Of a stretch of DNA of 64,000 bases, positions 59,329 to 64,000 are shown piece after piece; position 1 is the first letter of the stretch; each line of letters starts with the position of its first letter. The position numbers and the translations under genes were made by a program. The notes below the pieces were generated by a model. The model saw nothing but the letters and a program-made list of their open reading frames with translations. It had not been told where the DNA came from and did not search any database. The DNA comes from an uncultured virus (IMG/VR IMGVR_UViG_3300024270_000031) (lineage: Duplodnaviria > Heunggongvirae > Uroviricota > Caudoviricetes): IMG/VR virus record IMGVR_UViG_3300024270_000031, positions 1 through 64,000 of that record. One strand, given 5' to 3'.

Positions 59329-60528
59329 ATGGCTAAAGATACAGAAAAGAAGTCATTTACAATGGCGGATTTTGCCCGCAAAATTAATAAGGAGTATAAT
59401 AACAACAATCTTGTTATTAAGTCTGATGTAGTACCGGTTTATAAGAGACTTTCGTCAGGTATGATGGGAATGGATTATCCTCTTTACGGAGGACTTCCCT
59501 ATGGTAGAATGATGGTTTATGCAGGCCTCGAGCACTCTGGTAAGACTACGGCAGCCTGTGCAGAGCTTGCTGCATATCAGCGTGAGAATCCTGATAAGAT
59601 TTGTGTTTATATTGACGTCGAACACTCTCTCGATCTTCAGTTCCAGGCACTCATGAATGGAATTGACCTTGAGCGTTTGTACTACATCAGCCCTGAAGGC
59701 ATGTCAGGCGAGCAGATTCTTGAGATGATTCTTGAACTTGAGGATACAGATGATATTGGCCTTATTGTTCTTGACTCTATTCCCGCTCTCGTTCCGCAGT
59801 CTATTATGGAGAATGAGTTCACAAAGGACATGGGTATGCGCGGCAATATGGCTAAGGGCCTTCATAAGTTCTGCCCCACTATGTGTGATAAGCTCGCTCG
59901 TAACGGTAATATCATGATTATGATTAACCAGGTTCGTGTGGCTGGTACTACTTTTACTGGTGCTGCAATCTATAAGGAGCCCGGCGGAGACGCACCTCGT
60001 TATTATGCTTCTGTAAAGGTTCGTTTTGGTAAGAGAGTATTTATGAAGGACGGAGACGAGATCAAGGGTGACGACGGTGAAGGTGCAGACGGATTCAGAC
60101 TTAAGTTTAAGATCACTAAGAATAAGACTTGCGCTTGCAACCGTGGTGGTGGATTTATTACCTATAAGTACGAGACCGGAGCAGATACAGTAAACGACCT
60201 TATTGATGTTGCTCTTCAGTTTGACTTTATTAAGAGAATTAATAATGTTACTTATGCTCTCGTAAATCTTTCTACTGGCGAAGTAATTACCGACTCCGAA
60301 ACCGGTGAAACTCTTCAGGGCAAGAAAGCTTATTTGATTGAGTATCTTCACACTCATCCTACTTTCAGAGAAAAGTATCTTATGATGATTAAAGAATTTA
60401 TTTCTGCTTCTAACGATAAATCCGTACTTGATAAAGAAGCTCTCAAGGCTATTGAGGCCGAGGAAGATGCTATCGAGAGACCTCAGGAAGATGAAGCTAA
60501 GAGAAAGATTCTTCTCGAGGACGCCTAA
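59329..60528 (+). CDS. recA: RecA/UvsX recombinase
   Basis: GGLPYGR, GLEHSGKTT, LDSIPAL, INQVR, PGG. Confidence 0.93.
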   Translation: MAKDTEKKSFTMADFARKINKEYNNNNLVIKSDVVPVYKRLSSGMMGMDYPLYGGLPYGRMMVYAGLEHSGKTTAACAELAAYQRENPDKICVYIDVEHSLDLQFQALMNGIDLERLYYISPEGMSGEQILEMILELEDTDDIGLIVLDSIPALVPQSIMENEFTKDMGMRGNMAKGLHKFCPTMCDKLARNGNIMIMINQVRVAGTTFTGAAIYKEPGGDAPRYYASVKVRFGKRVFMKDGDEIKGDDGEGADGFRLKFKITKNKTCACNRGGGFITYKYETGADTVNDLIDVALQFDFIKRINNVTYALVNLSTGEVITDSETGETLQGKKAYLIEYLHTHPTFREKYLMMIKEFISASNDKSVLDKEALKAIEAEEDAIERPQEDEAKRKILLEDA

Positions 60529-60920
60529 TGATTATTGGAACTGCAAAACGAGCTAAGGAAGGGGCCAAACCTCTTCCTACTCGTCATTACTCAAAGAAAC
60601 AGGAAACCGCTGTATCACAGGCAGTTGGTGGAAAGGTTCAGAAGAATTCAGGTGCTACAGCTTTTGATAAAGGTGATGTTGTAGTTTCAGGAAAAAATGG
60701 CTTTCTTCTTGAATGTAAAACAAAGACTTCTGCCTCAGAGTCTATTTCTATTAAGAAAGAATGGTTTGAGAAAAATCGTCAAGAATGTCTGCTTACAGGT
60801 ACGCCGCATCAGGCGGTAGTTTTTAACTTTGGCCCCGACGAAGAAAATCATTATATTATTGATGAGTATCTATTTCAATTCTTAAAAGATAAATTAGATG
60901 AGCTGGAGGAAACGATATAA
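60528..60920 (+). CDS. PD-(D/E)xK nuclease (Holliday-junction resolvase-like)
   Basis: QE..V...GG...NSGA, KGDV, LECKT. Confidence 0.7.
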   Translation: MIIGTAKRAKEGAKPLPTRHYSKKQETAVSQAVGGKVQKNSGATAFDKGDVVVSGKNGFLLECKTKTSASESISIKKEWFEKNRQECLLTGTPHQAVVFNFGPDEENHYIIDEYLFQFLKDKLDELEETI

Positions 60921-60921
60921 T

Positions 60922-61487
60922 ATGGACGCTAAAGATTATAGAATTATTATGACTCTTGCATCAAACCTTGCGCAGCCTGTTATTTGCAACGGCAAAACAA
61001 TTTATGAGTTAAATCTTGCTCAGTTTATTAATGCTATTGATAATATCTACCCAGATCTTTGGATTCCAGTGGCGCGCAATGGTATTGTATTAAATCCAAA
61101 AGCTGAAAGCTCGGAGGAAGAATGATTAGACCGATTATAAAAGAACAACTTGAAAAATGTCAGTTTGCTGACTTAAATAACTTTGATCCAAGTACAAATA
61201 CTTTTTATATTAAAAAATACTCTAAGCCTACATATGAGATTAATCATTGTTATTTAGTTAAGCTTCCTTTGAATATTGTTAATGCCACTGATTCTGTTTT
61301 AGCTGTTAACTGGAATAACGGAACTTGTCCTAAAACTCAATATCTTAAAATCTATATTTCTAAAGCCCTCGGCACTATGATTTATGTAGATAGTATTGGT
61401 TTTGATTTTGATACTAAACAGGATCTTAGTATGATGTGGTCGGGCTGGCTTGATAGCGCGCAGTTAACTCAGATTTCTGCTTTATAA
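60922..61487 (+). other. Two hypothetical CDSs (~60922..61125, 61122..61487)
   Basis: Coupled ORFs with RBS. Confidence 0.6.
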
Positions 61488-61583
61488 CATAAAAACTTTA
61501 ACGAAAAGTGAGCTTACAAAGTTTACTTTTCGTTATTTTTTTTGCTAAATTATTTAGATACTAAGAATAACTTAGGAGATTTT

Positions 61584-62687
61584 ATGAATTTTTTAAATGC
61601 TTATAATACCTTAAGTAACCTACTAGAAGCAGAAGCAGTCCAGCAGTCTAACACAAAGTCAGCTAAAATAAAGTATTATTATAATATTGACTATAAAGTA
61701 CCTTTTTATTGGAATGAAGCTGGCTATGGGCATCCTTGGTTTGAATTTGAAGGACAGACTAACACTAACTATAGAACAAATGTATATAACGAAGTTCCTG
61801 GAATCTATTTAATTGTTAATAAAATTACTTATCAAGCCTATGTCGGTAAAGCTGTAAACTTAGCAAATAGACTGTACTGTCATACACGACTCCGACAAAA
61901 GAATGATAGTGTATTTTTACATCTATCTATGAAACATCATGGGCTTGGTGCTTTTAAATGGACGGTTTTAGAAGTCATGCCAGAAGACATTTTAGCTTCC
62001 TGTGATGAAAATAAGGTTAAAAATTGGTTTATTGAAAAAGAACGATATTATATTAATAAGCTTAAAACTTATCTGCAAGTTGAACACTATAATTTAACGC
62101 CAGGTGGGGAGAATCCTCCAGTATATTTTAAATACCAAAATAACTTAATTAAGCAAGTCCAGCAATATATTGACGAGCACCCATTTGAGTCATGTTCTAC
62201 CGTAGCTAAGCAGTTTCCTGATCTTAGTGGTTCAAAAGTAGTAGCTGATATAAATAATGGACTTGGACGATTTGGCAGAGTTAAGTACCGTCCAGATTTA
62301 ACTTTCCCAATTAGGGATATGGGAAGCACTGCTGCAATGCGTGGACCAAAAGTAGTTGGTGCAAAATTAAATACTACTAAAACCGCTTTTTCACAAAAGT
62401 TATCTAGATATCCATGGTATTTTATTAAGACAACTAAAACAGAATCAGGTAAGTATGCGTTTGAAAGACTTGATAAATCACCAGATAAAAATTTTGTGCA
62501 AAGTCTTGCTAGCTTAGAGCTTGACTTTACAAACAATAATGATTTAAGTAAAGTTGTCCCGTATTTAACAGATAATAGATATTCGCACTATTATCCAAAA
62601 CAAGGTTTTTATTTAACTAAGATTAAGCTAACCGATAAAGACTTTGACTGGTGGGCCGATCAATATTCTGCCAGAAATAATAAATAA
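61584..62687 (+). CDS. GIY-YIG endonuclease
   Basis: GIYLIVNKITYQAYVGKA..L..R, ERYYI, YNLTPGG. Confidence 0.85.
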   Translation: MNFLNAYNTLSNLLEAEAVQQSNTKSAKIKYYYNIDYKVPFYWNEAGYGHPWFEFEGQTNTNYRTNVYNEVPGIYLIVNKITYQAYVGKAVNLANRLYCHTRLRQKNDSVFLHLSMKHHGLGAFKWTVLEVMPEDILASCDENKVKNWFIEKERYYINKLKTYLQVEHYNLTPGGENPPVYFKYQNNLIKQVQQYIDEHPFESCSTVAKQFPDLSGSKVVADINNGLGRFGRVKYRPDLTFPIRDMGSTAAMRGPKVVGAKLNTTKTAFSQKLSRYPWYFIKTTKTESGKYAFERLDKSPDKNFVQSLASLELDFTNNNDLSKVVPYLTDNRYSHYYPKQGFYLTKIKLTDKDFDWWADQYSARNNK

Positions 62688-62719
62688 AATTTTTTAATTT
62701 AGAAAAGGAATACATTATT

Positions 62720-63481
62720 ATGAAATTACATGAAGAATTTAAACTTTATGAAACTATGTGGGATGAAGTTCCGTCTAATTCGTCAACTGAAAATCGTTAT
62801 ATCATACTTACAGGCGACTTCCCAAATAAATATTACGTGCATGGCTTGACCTCGGACGGTGAGAAAGAAGCAGTAGACATTTATAATAAAGCTATGTCAC
62901 AATTGCCTAACTTTGATTGTGATATAGAGGTGGCGGAGCTCTTTGATCTTACAGGTGATGAAATAAGTCGTTTAGAGTCTATGGTAGGAAAAGAAGTAAC
63001 TGGAGCAGATGCTGATTTTATCGCAGATTTCTTTGTAGACGGTAGTCGTGTAGATTCTCTACAAAATAATTTTAACGAAGTAGATACCTTACATGAATTT
63101 GTTTACGTTAATGGAAATAAAACAACTACTACTGTAAATTCTACTAGTTCTAATAAACCTAGTGTAGATTCATTAGGCCGGTTTGACCACACGCCTCGAT
63201 TTAAAAGCTTACTTGCTCAAATAGACGCCGATAAACTCGCTACATACGAAGTAAGAAATTTAGGAACAAGGCTTCTTTATATAATTATAACGTCTGTAGA
63301 TTTTGGCTACCGCACAAGTGTACGTATAATAGGACCATTTCGCCAAGATGGTAAAGAGTATACTTTACAATTAGGCTTGAACTCTGCTAACCATGGCGAT
63401 CATCACAATTTAAGCTGGAAAGAATTGCTAGATTATCTTATAGATGAGTCAATCATAGAAAACACTAATCTGTGCAACTAA
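62720..63481 (+). CDS. Hypothetical acidic protein
   Basis: AAGGA RBS; N-terminal MKLHEEFKLYETMW. Confidence 0.7.
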   Translation: MKLHEEFKLYETMWDEVPSNSSTENRYIILTGDFPNKYYVHGLTSDGEKEAVDIYNKAMSQLPNFDCDIEVAELFDLTGDEISRLESMVGKEVTGADADFIADFFVDGSRVDSLQNNFNEVDTLHEFVYVNGNKTTTTVNSTSSNKPSVDSLGRFDHTPRFKSLLAQIDADKLATYEVRNLGTRLLYIIITSVDFGYRTSVRIIGPFRQDGKEYTLQLGLNSANHGDHHNLSWKELLDYLIDESIIENTNLCN

Positions 63482-63571
63482 TGTATAATATGTTTAGGTG
63501 ACCTATTAAAATAGGTCACCTTTTATTGTATAATATAGTATATAAAAATATCTAAAAGAGGAAATGATACA

Positions 63572-64000
63572 ATGAAAAGTTTAGCTGTAAAATATCGTCC
63601 TACTACTTTTGAAACTGTTGCTGGACAAAATGTAACTACAAGAATTCTTAATAAAGTACTTGAAAAACAGGCTTTTAAAAATGCTTATCTTTTTGCAGGC
63701 CCTTCCGGCTGCGGTAAGACCACTTGTGCTCGTATCTTTGCAAATGCTATTAATGGTGGCATTGGTGAGCCTGTAGAAATTGACGGCGCATCTAACAACG
63801 GAGTTGACCAGGTTAGGGCTATCGTTGAGTCGGCTAATCAGAGAAGCCTTGTAGGTAATTATAAGATTTATATTATTGACGAGTGTCATATGATTACTTC
63901 CGCTGGTTGGAATGCTTTCTTGAAGGGACTTGAAGATTGCCCTGAATATACTATCTTTATTTTCTGCACTACGGAGCCTAATAAGATTCCTGTGACTATT
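63572..64000 (+). CDS. dnaX: Clamp loader AAA+ subunit (DnaX-like), truncated by window end
   Basis: LAVKYRPTTF, LFAGPSGCGKTT, EIDGASNNGVD, IIDECH, CTTEPNKIPVTI. Confidence 0.92.
   Translation, partial: MKSLAVKYRPTTFETVAGQNVTTRILNKVLEKQAFKNAYLFAGPSGCGKTTCARIFANAINGGIGEPVEIDGASNNGVDQVRAIVESANQRSLVGNYKIYIIDECHMITSAGWNAFLKGLEDCPEYTIFIFCTTEPNKIPVTI

Noticed and set aside
1..64000. Stop-codon recoding (code 15 or 4)
   Set aside because: Conserved genes are full length in code 11; no canonical suppressor tRNA found

Overview
This is a 64-kb segment of a large, AT-rich, myovirus-type tailed phage. The host is probably an anaerobic Firmicute (Clostridia-like), inferred from AbrB/SpoVT-like, HPr-like and PFL genes. 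All supported genes lie on the + strand and use the standard genetic code. Layout: (1) 1-9.5 kb is a tRNA array (21 canonical tRNAs) interleaved with aberrant tRNA-like RNAs carrying large insertions, many unexplained structured non-coding stretches, an HNH nuclease, a C1 peptidase and an HD protein. (2) 9.6-24.3 kb holds small accessory genes, nucleotide and RNA-repair enzymes (TK, HAD, Thg1-like, HD, metallophosphoesterase) and an array of four structured RNAs with conserved ends at about 20.1-20.7 kb. (3) Pyruvate formate-lyase follows. (4) Next come baseplate, tail and holin-like genes. (5) Then a type II topoisomerase, ThyA, a complete four-gene deamidated NAD+ salvage operon (pncB-nadM-pncA-nadE), dCMP deaminase, DHFR and dUTPase. 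(6) The last part is a replication/recombination module: DnaC-like, DnaB, DnaG, SSB, a split family A polymerase, beta-clamp-like, RecU, RecA and DnaX. Two recurrent promoter-like motifs organise the window. The best candidates for an undescribed system are the phage Preiss-Handler-type NAD+ rebuilding operon and the tandem 'constant scaffold + variable cargo' RNA arrays and insert-bearing tRNA scaffolds. All family assignments come from motifs recognised by eye, not from database searches, and RNA structures were paired manually.
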